NCBI GenBank assembly: GCA_964016885.1
Contig: OZ024743.1
Coordinates: forward strand, 139,128,001-139,192,000
Direction: 5' to 3'
Source: Eledone cirrhosa
Lineage: Eukaryota
Length of the DNA stretch: 64,000 bases
In this document: in pieces, positions 50,401-62,999 of the stretch
How positions within the stretch are numbered: the stretch's first letter is position 1
How the letters are laid out: each line of letters begins with the position of its first letter
Notes under the pieces: model-generated
Told to the model about the DNA's origin: nothing
Databases searched by the model: none
The model's input: only the letters and a program-made list of their open reading frames with translations
Translations under genes and position numbers: made by a program

Positions 50401-53400
50401 TTGGTGCTTCGTGCTTGGTGTTTGGTGCTTGGTGCTTGCTGTTTGGTGTTTGGTGCTTGGTGCGTGGGACTTAGTGTTTGGTGTTTGGTGCTTGGTGTTT
50501 GGTGCTTGGTGTTTGGTGCTTGGTGTTTGGGGCTTGGTGTTCGGTGCTTGGTGCTTGGTGCTTGGGGCTTGGTGTTTGGTGTTTGGTGCTTGGTGCTTGG
50601 TGTTTGAAGTTGGGTCCTTGGTGCTTGGTGTTTGGTGTTTGGTGCTTGGTGTTTGGTGTTTGGTGCTTGGTGCTTGGTGTTTGGTGTTTGGTGCTTGGTG
50701 CATGGGGCTTGGTGTTTGGTGCTTGGTGCTTGGTGTTTGGTGCTTCTGCTTGCGGCTTGGTAGTTGGTGCTTGGTGCCTGGTGTTTGGTGTTTGGTGTTT
50801 GGTGCTTGGTGTATGGTGCTTGGTGCTTGGTGCTGGGTGGTTGGTGTTTGGTGCTTGGTGTTTGGTGCTTGGTGCTTGGTGCTTGTTGTTTGGTGCTTGG
50901 TGCTTGGTGCTTGGTCTTTGGTGCATGGTGTTTGGTGTTTGGCGCTTGGTGCTTGGTGCTTCGTGATTGGTGCTTGGGGTTTGGTGGTTGGTGCTTGGTG
51001 CTTGGTGTTTGGTGTTTGGTGTTTGGTGTTTGGTGTTTGCTGTTTGGTGTCTGCTTTTTGGTGTTTGGTGTTTGGTGTATGGTGTTTGCTGTTTCGTATT
51101 TGGTTTTTGCTGTTTGGTGTTTGGTGTTTGCTGTTTGGTGTTTGGTGTTTGGTGTTTGGTGCTTGGTGCTTGGTGCTTGGTGTTTGGCGTTTGGTGCTTG
51201 GTGCTTGGTGTTTGGTGCTTCGTGCTTGGTGTTTGGTGTTTGGTGCTTGGTGCCTGGTGCTTGTTGTATGGTGTTTGGTGCTTGGTGCTTGGTGTTTGGT
51301 GTTTGCTGCTTGGTGTCTGGTGTTTGGTGCTTGGTGTTTGGTGTTTGGTGCTTGGTGCTTGGTGCTTGGTGTTTGGTGTTTGGTGCTTGGTGCTTGGTGT
51401 TTGGTGTTTGGTGCTGGGTGCATGGAGTTTGGTGCTTGGTGCTTAGTGCTTGGTGTTTGGTGTTTGGTGCTTGGTATTTGGTGTTTGGTGTTTGATGCTT
51501 GGTGTGTGGTGCTTGGTGCTTGGTGTTTTGTGTTTGGTGCTTGGTGCTTGGTGACTGGTGCTTGGTGCTTGGTGCTTGTTGTTTGGTGCTTGGTGCTTGG
51601 TGATTAGTGTTTGGTGCTTGGTGCTTGGTGTTTGGTGCTTGGTGTTTGGTGCTTGGTGCCTGGTGCTTGGTGTTTGGTGTTTGATGCTTGGTGTTTGGTG
51701 TTTGGTGTTTGGTACTTGGTGTTCGGTGCTTGGTGCTTGGTGCTTGGTGCTTGGTGTTTGGTGTTTGGTGCTTGGTGCTTGGTGTTTGATGTTTGGTCCT
51801 TGGTACTTGGTGTTTGGTGTTGTGTGCTTGGTGCTTGGTGGTTGGTGTTTGGTGCTTGGTGCTTGGTGCTTGGTGTTTGGCGTTTCCTGTTTGCTGTTTG
51901 GTGTTAGGTGTTTGCTGTTTGGTGTTTGCTGTTTGGTGTTTGGTGTTTGGTGCTTGCTGTTTGGTGCTTGGTGCTTGGTGTATGGTGTTTGATGCTTGGT
52001 GTTTGGTGCTTGGTGCTTGGTGCTGGGTGTTTGGTGCTTGGTGCTTGGTGCTTGGTGATTGGTGCTTGGTGTTTGGTCCTTGGTGCTTGGTGCATGGTCT
52101 TTGGTGCTTGGGTTTTGGTGTTTGGTGCTTGGTGCTTGGTGTTTAGTGCTTGGTGCTTGGTGCTTGGTGCTTGGTGTTTGGTGCTTGCTGCTTGGTGCTT
52201 GGTGTTTGGTGCTTGGTGCTTGGTGAGTAGTGTTTGGTGATTGGTGCTTGGGGTTTTGTGTTTGGGGCTTGGTGTTTGGTGCTTAGTGCTTGCTGTTTGG
52301 TGTTTGGTGTTTGGTTCTTGGTGCTTGGTGTTTGGTGTTTGGTGTTTGGTGCTTGGTGCTTGGTGCTTGGTGTTTGGTGCTTGGTGCTTGGTGCTTGGTG
52401 TTTGGTGCTGCGTGCTTGGTGTTTGGTGTTTGGTGCTTGGTGCCTGGTGCTTGTTGTTTGGTACTTGGTGCTTGGTGCTTGGTGCTTGGTGTTTGGTGCT
52501 TGGTGTTTGATGCTGCCTGCTTGGTGTTTGGTGTTTGGTGCTTGGTGCTTGGTGGCTGGTGTTTGGTGCTTGGTGTTTAGAGTTTGGTGCTTGGTGCTTG
52601 GTGCCTGGTGTTTCGTGCTTGGTGCTTGGTGCTTGGTGTTTGGTGTTTGGTGCTTGGTGTTTGGTGTTTGGTACTTGGTGCTTGGTGCTTGGTGCTTGGT
52701 GTTTGGTGCTTGGTGTTTGATGCTGCCTGCTTGGTGTTTGGTGTTTGGCGCTTGGTGCTTGGTGTTTGGTGTTTGGTGCTTGGTGCTTGGTGCTTGGTAT
52801 CTGGTGTTTGGTGCTTGATGTTTGGTGTTTGGTGCTTGGTGTTTTGTGTTTGGTGATTGGTGCTTGGTGCCTGGTGCTTGGTGCTTGGTGCTTGTTGTTT
52901 GGTGCTTGGTGCTTGGTGATTAGTGTTTTGGTGCTTGGTGCTTGCGGTTTGGTGTTTGGTGCTTGGGGTTTGGTGCTTGGTGCTTGGTGCTTGGTGTTTG
53001 GTGCTTGGTGCTTGGTGTTTGGTGCTTGGTGCTTGGTGTTTGGTGTTTGGCGTTTGCTGTTTGCTGTTTGCTGTTTGGTGCTTGCTGTTTGGTGCTTGGT
53101 GCTTGGTGTTTGGTGTTTGGTGTTGTGTGCTTGGTGCTTGGTGTTTGGTGCTTGGTGCTTGGTGCTGTGTGTTTGGTGCTTGGTGCTTGGTGTTTGGTGC
53201 TTGGTGCTTGGTGCTTGGTGTTTGCTCCTTGGTGCTTGGTGCTTGGTCTTTGGTGCTTGGGTTTTGGTGTTTGGTGCATGGTGCTTGGTGTTTGGTGCTT
53301 GGTTCTTGGTGCTTGGTGCTTGGTGTTTGGTGATTGCTGCTTGGTGCTTGGTGTTTGGTGCTTGGTGCTTGGTGATTAGTGTTTGGTGATTGGTGCTTGG

Positions 53401-56400
53401 GGTTTGCTGTTTGGTGCTTGGTGTTTGGTGCTTGGTGCTTGCTGTTTGGTGTTTGGTGTTTGGTTCTTGGTGCTTGGTGTTTGGTGTTTGGTGTCTGGTG
53501 CTTGGTGCTTGGTGCTTGGTGTTTGGTGCTTGGTGCTTGGTGCTTGGTGTTTGGTGCTGCGTGCTTGGTGTTTGGTGCTTGGTGCTTGGTGATTAGTGTT
53601 TGGTGCTTTGTGTTTGGTGCTTGGTGTTTGGTGCTTGGTGCTTGGTGCTTAGTGCTTGGTGTTAGGTGTTTGGTGCTTGGTGATTGGTGTTTGATGTTAG
53701 GTTCTTGGTGCTTGGTGTTTGGTGTTTGGTGCTTGGTGCTTGGTGTTTGGTGTTTGGTGCTTGGTGCTTGGTGCTTGGTGCTTGGTGTTAGGTGTTTGGT
53801 GCTTGGTGCTTGGTGTTTGGTGCTTGGTGCTTTGTGTTTGGTGCTTGGTGTTTGGTGCTTGGTGCTTGGTGCTTGGTGCTTGGTGTTAGGTGTTTGGTGT
53901 TTGGTGATTGGTGTTTGATGTTAGATTCTTGGTGCTTGGTGTTTGATGTTTGGTGCTTGGTGCTTGGTGTTTGGTGTTTGGTGCTTGGTGCTTGGTGCTT
54001 GGTGCTTGGTGTTTGGTGTTTGGTGTTTGATGCTTGGTGTTTGCTGCTTGGTGCTAGGTGCTTGGTGTTTTGTGTTTGGTGTTTGATGCTGCGTGCTTGG
54101 TGTTTGGTGTTTGGTGCTTGGTGCTTGGTGTTTGGTGTTTGGAGCTTGGTGCCTGGTGCTTGTTGTTTGGTGTTTGGCGCTTGGTGCTTGGTGTTTGGTG
54201 TTTGGTGCTTGGTGCTTGGTGCTTGGTATCTGGTGTTAGGTGCTTGATGTTTGGTGTTTGGTGCTTAGTGTTTGGTGTTTGGTGCATGGTGCTTGGTGTT
54301 TGGTGCTTGGTGTTTGGTGTTTGGTGTTTGATGCTTGGTGTTTGCTGCTGGCTGCTTGCTGCTTGGTGTTTGGTGCTAGGGGCTTGGTGCTTGGTGCTTG
54401 GTGTTTGGTGCTTGTTGCTTGGTGCCTGGTGCTTGGTGCTTGGTGCTTGTTGTTTGGTGCTTGGTGCTTGGTGATTAGTGTTTGGTGCTTGGTGCTTGAG
54501 GTTTGGTGTTTGGTGCTTGGGGTTTGGTGTTTGGTGCTTGGTGCTTGGTGTTTGGTGCTTGGTGCTTGGTGCTTGGTGTTTGGTGCTTGGTGCTTGGTTT
54601 TTGGTGCTTGGTGCTTGGTGTTTGGTGTTTGGCGTTTGCTGTTTGCTGTTTTGTGCTTGGTGCTTGGGGTTTGGTGTTTGGTGCTTGGTGCTTGGTGTTT
54701 GGTGCTTGGTGCTTGGTGCTGGGTATTTGGTGCTTGGTGCTTGGTGTTTGGTGCTTGGTGCTTGGTGCTTGGTGTTTGGTCCTTGGTGCTTGGTGCTTGG
54801 TCTTTGGTGCTTGGGGTTTGGTGTTTGGTGCTTGGTGCTTGGTGTTTGGTGCTTGGTTCTTGGTGCTTGGTGCTTGGTGTTTGGTGATTGCTGCTTGGTG
54901 CTTGGTGTTTGGTGCTTGGTGCTTGGTGACTAGTGTTTGGTTATTGGTGCTTGGGGTTTGCTGTTTGGTGCTTGCTGTTTGGTGTTTGTTGTTTGGTTCT
55001 TGGTGCTTGGTGTTTGGTGTTTGGTGTTTGGTGCTTGGTGCTTGGTGTTTGGTGCTTGGTGCTTGGTGCTTGGTGTTTGGTGCTGCGTGCTTGGTGTTTG
55101 GTGTTTGGTGCTTGGTGCCTGGTGCTTGTTGTTTGGTGCTTAGTGCTTGGTGTTTGGTGTTTGGTGCTTGGTGCTTGGTGGCTGGTGCTTGGTGCTTGGT
55201 GTTTGGAGTTTGGTGCTTGGTGCTTGGTGCCTGGTGTTTCGTGCTTGGTGCTTGGTGCTTGGTGTTTGGTGTTTGGTGCTTGGTGTTTGGTGTTTGGTAC
55301 TTGGTGCTTGGTGCTTGGTGCTTGGTGTTTGGTGCTTGGTGTTTGATGCTGCGTGCTTGGTGTTTGGTGTTTGGTGCTTGGTGCTTGGTGTTTGGTGTTT
55401 GGAGCTTGGTGCCTGCTGCTTGTTGTTTGGTGTTTGGTGCTTGGTGCTTGGTGCTTGGTATCTGGTGTTTGGTGCTTGATGTCTGGTGTTTGGTGCTTGG
55501 TGCTTGGTGCTTGGTGTTTGGTGTTTGGTGCTTGGTGCTTGGTGTTTGGTGCTTGGTGTTTGGTGTTTGGTGTTTGATGCTTGGTGTTTGCTGCTTGGTG
55601 CTTGGTGCTTGGTGTTTTGTGTTTGGTGCTTGGTGCTTGGTGCCTGGTGCTTGGTGCTTGGTGCTTGTTGTTTGGTGCTTGGTGCTTGGTGATTAGTGTT
55701 TGGTGCTTGGTGCTTGCGGTTTGATGTTTGGTGCTTGGGGTTTGGTGTTTGGTGCTTGGTGCTTGGTGTTTGGTGCTTGGTGCTTGGTGCTTGGTGCTTG
55801 GTGCTTGGTGTTTGGTGCTTGGTGCTTGGTGTTTGGTGCTTGGTGTTTGGTGCTTGGTGCTTGGTGCTTGGTGTTAGGTGTTTGGTGCTTGGTGCTTGGT
55901 GTTTGATGTTTGGTCCTTGGTGCTTGGTGTTTGGTGTTTGTTGCTTGGTGCTTGGTGTTTGGTGTTTGGTGCTTGCTGCTTGCTGCTTGGTGTTTGGTGC
56001 TTGGTGATTGGTGCTTGGTGTTTTGTGCTTGGTGCTTGGTGTTTGGTGTTTGGTGTTTGGTGCTAGGGGCTTGGTGCTTGGTGCTTGGTGTTTGGTGCTT
56101 GGTGCTTGCTGTTTGGTGTTTGGTGCTTGGTGCGTGGGACTTAGTGTTTGGTGTTTGGTGCTTGGTGTTTGGTGCTTGGTGTTTGGTGCTTGGTGTTTGG
56201 GGCTTGGTGTTCGGTGCTTGGTGCTTGGTGCTTGGGGCTTGGTGTTTGGTGTTTGGTGCTTGGTGCTTGGTGTTTGATGTTGGGTCCTTGGTGCTTGGTG
56301 TTTGGTGTTTGGTGCTTTGTGTTTGGTGTTTGGTGCTTGGTGCTTGGTGTTTGGTGTTTGGTGCTTGGTGCTTGGGGCTTGGTGTTTGGTGCTTGGTGCT

Positions 56401-59269
56401 TGGTGTTTGGTGCTTGGTGTTTGGTGTTTGGTGTTTGGTGCTTGGTGTATGGTGCTTGGTGCTTGGTGCTGGGTGGTTGGTGTTTGGTGCTTGGTGCTTG
56501 GTGTTTGGTGCTTGGTGCTTGGTGCTTGTTGTTTGGTGCTTGGTGCTTGGTGCTTGGTCTTTGGTGCATGGTGTTTGGTGTTTGGCGCTTGGTGCTTGGT
56601 GCTTTCTGATTGGTGCTTGGGGTTTGGTGGTTGGTGCTTGGTGCTTGGTGTTTGGTGTTTGGTGTTTGGTGTTCGGTGTTTGCTGTTTGGTGTCTGCTTT
56701 TTGGTGTTTGGTGTTTGCTGTATGGTGTTTGCTGTTTCGTATTTGGTTTTTGCTGATTGGTGTTTGGTGTTTGCTGTTTGGTGTTTGGTGTTTGGTGTTT
56801 GGTGCTTGGTGCTTGGTGCTTGGTGTTTGGCGTTTGGTGCTTGGTGCTTGGTGTTTGGTGCTTCGTGCTTGGTGTTTGGTGTTTGGTGCTTGGTGCCTGG
56901 TGCTTGTTGTATGGTGTTTGGTGCTTGGTGCTTGGTGTTTGGTGTTTGCTGCTTGGTGTCTGGTGTTTGGTGCTTGGTGTTTGGTGTTTGGTGCTTGGTG
57001 CTTGGTGCTTGGTGTTTGGTGTTTGGTGCTTGGTGCTTGGTGTTTGGTGTTTGGTGCTGGGTGCATGGAGTTTGGTGCTTGGTGCTTAGTGCTTGGTGTG
57101 TGGTGCTTGGTGCTTGGTGTTTTGTGTTTGGTTCTTGGTGCTTGGTGACTGGTGCTTGGTGCTTGGTGCTTGTTGTTTGGTGCTTGGTGCTTGGTGATTA
57201 GTGTTTGGTGCTTGGTGCTTGGTGCCTGGTGCTTGGTGTTTGGTGTTTGATGCTTGGTGTTTGGTGTTTGGTGTTTGGTACTTGGTGTTCAGTGCTTGGT
57301 GCTTGGTGCTTGGTGCTTGGTGTTTGGTGTTTGGTGCTTGGTGCTTGGTGTTTGATGTTTGGTCATTGGTGCTTGGTGTTTGGTGTTGTGTGCTTGGTGC
57401 TTGGTGGTTGGTGTTTGGTGCTTGGTGCTTGGTGCTTGGTGTTTGGCGTTTCCTGTTTGCTCTTTGGTGTTTGGTGTTTGCTGTTTGGTGTTTGCTGTTT
57501 GGTGTTTGGTATTTGGTGCTTGCTGTTTGGTGCTTGGTGCTTGGTGTATGGTGTTTGGTGCTTGGTGTTTGGTGCTTGATGCTTGGTGCTGGGTGTTTGG
57601 TGCTTGGTGCTTGGTGTTTGGTGCTTGGTGATTGGTGCTTGGTGTTTGGTCCTTGGTGCTTGGTGCATGGTCTTTGGTGCTTGGGTTTTGGTGTTTGGTG
57701 CTTGGTGCTTGGTGTTTGGTGCTTGGTGCTTGGTGCTTGGTGCTTGGTGTTTGGTGCTTGCTGCTTGGTGCTTGGTGTTTGGTGCTTGGTGCTTGGTGAG
57801 TAGTGTTTGGTGATTGGTGCTTGGGGTTTGGTGTTTGGGGCTTGGTGTTTGGTGCTTAGTGCTTGCTGTTTGGTGTTTGGTGTTTGGTTCTTGGTGCTTG
57901 GTGTTTGGTGTTTGGTGTTTGGTGCTTGGTGCTTGGTGCTTGGTGTTTCGTGCTTGGTGCTTGGTGCTTGGTGTTTGGTGCTGCGTGCTTGGTGTTTGGT
58001 GTTCGGTGCTTGGTGCCTGGTGCTTGTTGTTTGGTGTTTGGTGCTTAGTGCTTGGTGTTTGGTGTTTGGTGCTTGGTGCTTGGTGGCTGGTGTTTGGTGC
58101 TTGGTGTTTGGAGTTTGGTGCTTGGTGCTTGGTGCCTGGTGTTTCGTGCTTGGTGCTTGGTGCTTGGTGTTTGGTGTTTGGTGCTTGGTGTTTGGTGTTT
58201 GGTACTTGGTGCTTGGTGCTTGGTGCTTGTTGTTTGGTGCTTGTTATTTGATGCTGCCTGCTTGGTGTTTGGTGTTTGGTGCTTGGTGCTTGGTGTTTGG
58301 CGTTTGGAGCTCGGTGCCTGGTGCTTGTTGTTTGGTGTTTGGCGCTTGGTGCTTGGTATCTGGTGTTTGGTGCTTGATGTTTGGTGTTTGGTGCTTGGTG
58401 TTTTGTGTTTGGTGATTGGTGCTTGGTGCCTGGTGCTTGTTGTTTGGTGCTTGGTGCTTGGTGATTAGTGTTTGGTGCTTGGTGCTTGCGGTTTGCTGTT
58501 TGGTGCTTGGGGTTTGGTGCTTGGTGCTTGGTGCTTGGTGTTTGGTGCTTGGTGCTTGGTGTTTGGTGCTTGGTGCTTGGTGTTTGGTGTTTGGTGTTTG
58601 CTGTTTGCTGTTTGCTGTTTGGTGCTTGCTGTTTGGTGCTTGGTGCTTGGTGTTTGGTGTTTGGTGTTTTGTGCTTGGTGCTTGGTGTTTGGTGCTTGGT
58701 GCTTGGTGCTGGGTGTTTGGTGCTTGGTGCTTGGTGTTTGGTGCTTGGTGCTTGGTGCTTGGTGTTTGGTCCTTGGTGCTTGGTGCTTGGTCTTTGGTGC
58801 TTGGGTTTTGGTGTTTGGTGCTTGGTGCTTGGTGTTTGGTGCTTGGTTCTTGGTGCTTGGTGCTTGGTGTTTGGTGATTGCTGCTTGGTGCTTGGTGTTT
58901 GGTGCTTGGTGCTTGGTGATTAGTGTTTGGTGATTGGTGCTTGGGGTTTGCTGTTTGGTGCTTGGTGCTTGCTGTTTGGTGTTTGGTGTTTGGTTCTTGG
59001 TGCTTGGTGTTTGGTGTTTGGTGTCTGGTGCTTGGTGCTTGGTGCTTGGTGTTTGGTGCTTGGTGCTTGGTGCTTGGTGTTTGGTGCTGCGTGCTTGGTG
59101 TTTGGTGCTTGGTGCTTGGTGATTAGTGTTTGGTGCTTTGTGTTTGGTGCTTGGTGTTTGGTGCTTGGTGCTTGGTGCTTGGTGCTTGGTGTTAGGTGTT
59201 TGGTGCTTGGTGATTGGTGTTTGATGTTAGGTTCTTGGTGCTTGGTGTTTGGTGTTTGGTGCTTGGTGC

Positions 59270-62200
59270 TTGGTGTTTGGTGTTTGGTGCTTGGTGCTTG
59301 GTGCTTGGTGCTTGGTGTTAGGTGTTTGGTGCTTGGTGCTTGGTGTTTGGTGCTTGGTGCTTTGTGTTTGGTGCTTGGTGTTTGGTGCTTGGTGCTTGGT
59401 GCTTGGTGCTTGGTGTTAGGTGTTTGGTGCTTGGTGATTGGTGTTTGATGTTAGGTTCTTGGTGCTTGGTGTTTGGTGTTTGGTGCTTGGTGCTTGGTGT
59501 TTGGTGTTTGGTGCTTGGTGCTTGGTGCTTGGTGCTTGGTGTTAGGTGTTTGGTGCTTGGTGATGGGTGCTTGGTGTTTGGTCCTTGGTGCTTGGTGCAT
59601 GGTCTTTGGTGCTTGGGTTTTGGTGTTTGGTGCTTGGTGCTTGGTGTTTGGTGCTTGGTGCTTGGTGCTTGGTGCTTGGTGTTTGGTGCTTGCTGCTTGG
59701 TGCTTGGTGTTTGGTGCTTGGTGCTTGGTGATTAGTGTTTGGTGATTGGTGCTTGGGGTTTGGTGTTTGGGGCTTGGTGTTTGGTGGTTAGTGCTTGCTA
59801 TTTGGTGTTTGGTGTTTGGTTCTTGGTGCTTGGTGGCTGGTGTTTGGTGCTTGGTGCTTGTTGTTTGGTGTTTGGTGTTTGGTGCTTGGTGCTTGGTGGC
59901 TGGTGTTTGGTGCTTGGTGTTTGGAGTTTGGTGCTTGGTGCTTGGTGCCTGGTGTTTCGTGCTTGGTGCTTGGTGCTTGGTGTTTGGTGATTGGTGCTTG
60001 GTGTTTGGTGTTTGGTACTTGGTGCTTGGTGCTTGGTGCTTGGTGCTTGGTGCTTGGTGTTTGATGCTGCGTGCTTGGTGTTTGGTGTTTGGTGCTTGGT
60101 GCTTGGTGTTTGGTCTTTGGAGCTCGGTGCCTGGTGCTTGTTGTTTGGTGTTTGGCGCTTGGTGCTTGGTGTTTGGTGTTTGGTGCTTGGTGCTTGGTGC
60201 TTGGTATCTGGTGCTTGGTGCTTGATGTTTGGTGTTTGGTGCTTGGTGTTTGGTGTTTGGTGCTTGGTGCTTGGTGTTTGGTGCTTGGTGTTTGGTGTTT
60301 GGTGTTTGATGCTTGGTGTTTGCTGCTTGGTGCTTGGTGCTTGGTGTTTTGTGTTTGGTGATTGGTGCTTGGTGCCTGGTGCTTGGTGCTTGGTGCTTGT
60401 TGTTTGGTGCTTGGTGCTTGGTGATTAGTGTTTGGTGCTTGGTGCTTGCGGTTTGGTGTTTGGTGCTTGGGGTTTGGTGCTTGGTGCTTGGTGCTTGGTG
60501 TTTGGTGCTTGGTGCTTGGTGTTTGGTGCTTGGTGCTTGGTGTTTGGTGTTTGGCGTTTGCTGTTTGCTGTTTGGTGTTTGGTGCTTGCTGTTTGGTGCT
60601 TGGTGCTTGGTGCTTGGTGGTTGGTGTTTGGTGCTTGGTGCTTGGTGCTTGGTGTTTGGCGTTTCCTGTTTGCTCTTTGGTGTTTGGTGTTTGCTGTTTG
60701 GTGTTTGCTGTTTGGTGTTTGGTATTTGGTGCTTGCTGTTTGGTGCTTGGTGCTTGGTGTATGGTGTTTGGTGCTTGGTGTTTGGTGCTTGATGCTTGGT
60801 GCTGGGTGTTTGGTGCTTGGTGCTTGGTGTTTGGTGCTTGGTGATTGGTGCTTGGTGTTTGGTCCTTGGTGCTTGGTGCATGGTCTTTGGTGCTTGGGTT
60901 TTGGTGTTTGGTGCTTGGTGCTTGGTGTTTGGTGCTTGGTGCTTGGTGCTTGGTGCTTGGTGTTTGGTGCTTGCTGCTTGGTGCTTGGTGTTTGGTGCTT
61001 GGTGCTTGGTGAGTAGTGTTTGGTGCTTGGTGCTTGGTGTTTGGTGTTTGGTTCTTGGTGCTTGGTGTTTGGTGTTTGGTGTTTGGTGCTTGGTGCTTGG
61101 TGCTTGGTGTTTCGTGCTTGGTGCTTGGTGCTTGGTGTTTGGTGCTGCGTGCTTGGTGTTTGGTGTTCGGTGCTTGGTGCCTGGTGCTTGTTGTTTGGTG
61201 TTTAGTGCTTAGTGCTTGGTGTTTGGTGTTTGGTGCTTGGTGCTTGGTGGCTGGTGTTTGGTGCTTGGTGTTTGGAGTTTGGTGCTTGGTGCTTGGTGCC
61301 TGGTGTTTCGTGCTTGGTGCTTGGTGCTTGGTGTTTGGTGTTTGGTGCTTGGTGTTTGGTGTTTGGTACTTGGTGCTTGGTGCTTGGTGCTTGTTGTTTG
61401 GTGCTTGTTATTTGATGCTGCCTGCTTGGTGTTTGGTGTTTGGTGCTTGGTGCTTGGTGTTTGGCGTTTGGTGCTTGGTGCTTGGTGTTTGGTGTTTGGT
61501 GCTTGGTGCTTGGTGCTTGGTGCTTGGTGTTAGGTGTTTGGTGCTTGGTGCTTGGTGTTTGGTGCTTGGTGCTTTGTGTTTGGTGCTTGGTGTTTGGTGC
61601 TTGGTGCTTGGTGCTTGGTGCTTGGTGTTAGGTGTTTGGTGCTTGGTGATTGGTGTTTGATGTTAGGTTCTTGGTGCTTGGTGTTTGGTGTTTGGTGCTT
61701 GGTGCTTGGTGTTTGGTGTTTGGTGCTTGGTGCTTGGTGCTTGGTGCTTGGTGTTAGGTGTTTGGTGCTTGGTGATGGGTGCTTGGTGTTTGGTCCTTGG
61801 TGCTTGGTGCATGGTCTTTGGTGCTTGGGTTTTGGTGTTTGGTGCTTGGTGCTTGGTGTTTGGTGCTTGGTGCTTGGTGCTTGGTGCTTGGTGTTTGGTG
61901 CTTGCTGCTTGGTGCTTGGTGTTTGGTGCTTGGTGCTTGGTGATTAGTGTTTGGTGATTGGTGCTTGGGGTTTGGTGTTTGGGGCTTGGTGTTTGGTGGT
62001 TAGTGCTTGCTATTTGGTGTTTGGTGTTTGGTTCTTGGTGCTTGGTGGCTGGTGTTTGGTGCTTGGTGCTTGTTGTTTGGTGTTTGGTGTTTGGTGCTTG
62101 GTGCTTGGTGGCTGGTGTTTGGTGCTTGGTGTTTGGAGTTTGGTGCTTGGTGCTTGGTGCCTGGTGTTTCGTGCTTGGTGCTTGGTGCTTGGTGTTTGGT

Positions 62201-62810
62201 GATTGGTGCTTGGTGTTTGGTGTTTGGTACTTGGTGCTTGGTGCTTGGTGCTTGGTGCTTGGTGCTTGGTGTTTGATGCTGCGTGCTTGGTGTTTGGTGT
62301 TTGGTGCTTGGTGCTTGGTGTTTGGTCTTTGGAGCTCGGTGCCTGGTGCTTGTTGTTTGGTGTTTGGCGCTTGGTGCTTGGTGTTTGGTGTTTGGTGCTT
62401 GGTGCTTGGTGCTTGGTATCTGGTGCTTGGTGCTTGATGTTTGGTGTTTGGTGCTTGGTGTTTGGTGTTTGGTGCTTGGTGCTTGGTGTTTGGTGCTTGG
62501 TGTTTGGTGTTTGGTGTTTGATGCTTGGTGTTTGCTGCTTGGTGCTTGGTGCTTGGTGTTTTGTGTTTGGTGATTGGTGCTTGGTGCCTGGTGCTTGGTG
62601 CTTGGTGCTTGTTGTTTGGTGCTTGGTGCTTGGTGATTAGTGTTTGGTGCTTGGTGCTTGCGGTTTGGTGTTTGGTGCTTGGGGTTTGGTGCTTGGTGCT
62701 TGGTGCTTGGTGTTTGGTGCTTGGTGCTTGGTGTTTGGTGCTTGGTGCTTGGTGTTTGGTGTTTGGCGTTTGCTGTTTGCTGTTTGGTGTTTGGTGCTTG
62801 CTGTTTGGTG
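59270..62810 (+). repeat. Duplication with 2212-bp (316-unit) offset; the intervening 60.6-61.45 kb is a copy of about 57.4-58.3 kb
   Basis: ORF pairs 59322/61534, 59739/61951, 59991/62203 and 60428/62640 (2212 = 316x7). Private variants GTGATGGGTGC and GGTGGTTAGTGCTTGCTATT occur in both copies. The pair 57583/60796 is offset 3213. Confidence 0.9.
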
Positions 62811-62999
62811 CTTGGTGCTTGGTGTTTGGTGTTTGGTGTTTTGTGCTTGGTGATTGGTGTTTGGTGCTTGGTGCTTGGTGCTGGGTGTTTGGTGCTTGGT
62901 GCTTGGTGTTTGGTGCTTGGTGCTTGGTGCTTGGTGTTTGGTCCTTGGTGCTTGGTGCTTGGTCTTTGGTGCTTGGGTTTTGGTGTTTGGTGCTTGGTG

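Noticed and set aside
4052-52930. Singleton indels at about 4052, 14761, 17028, 21269, 48353 and 52925 as programmed frameshift or regulatory sites
   Set aside because: Each is present in one copy and absent from homologous copies, so they are most simply recent mutations or consensus errors.
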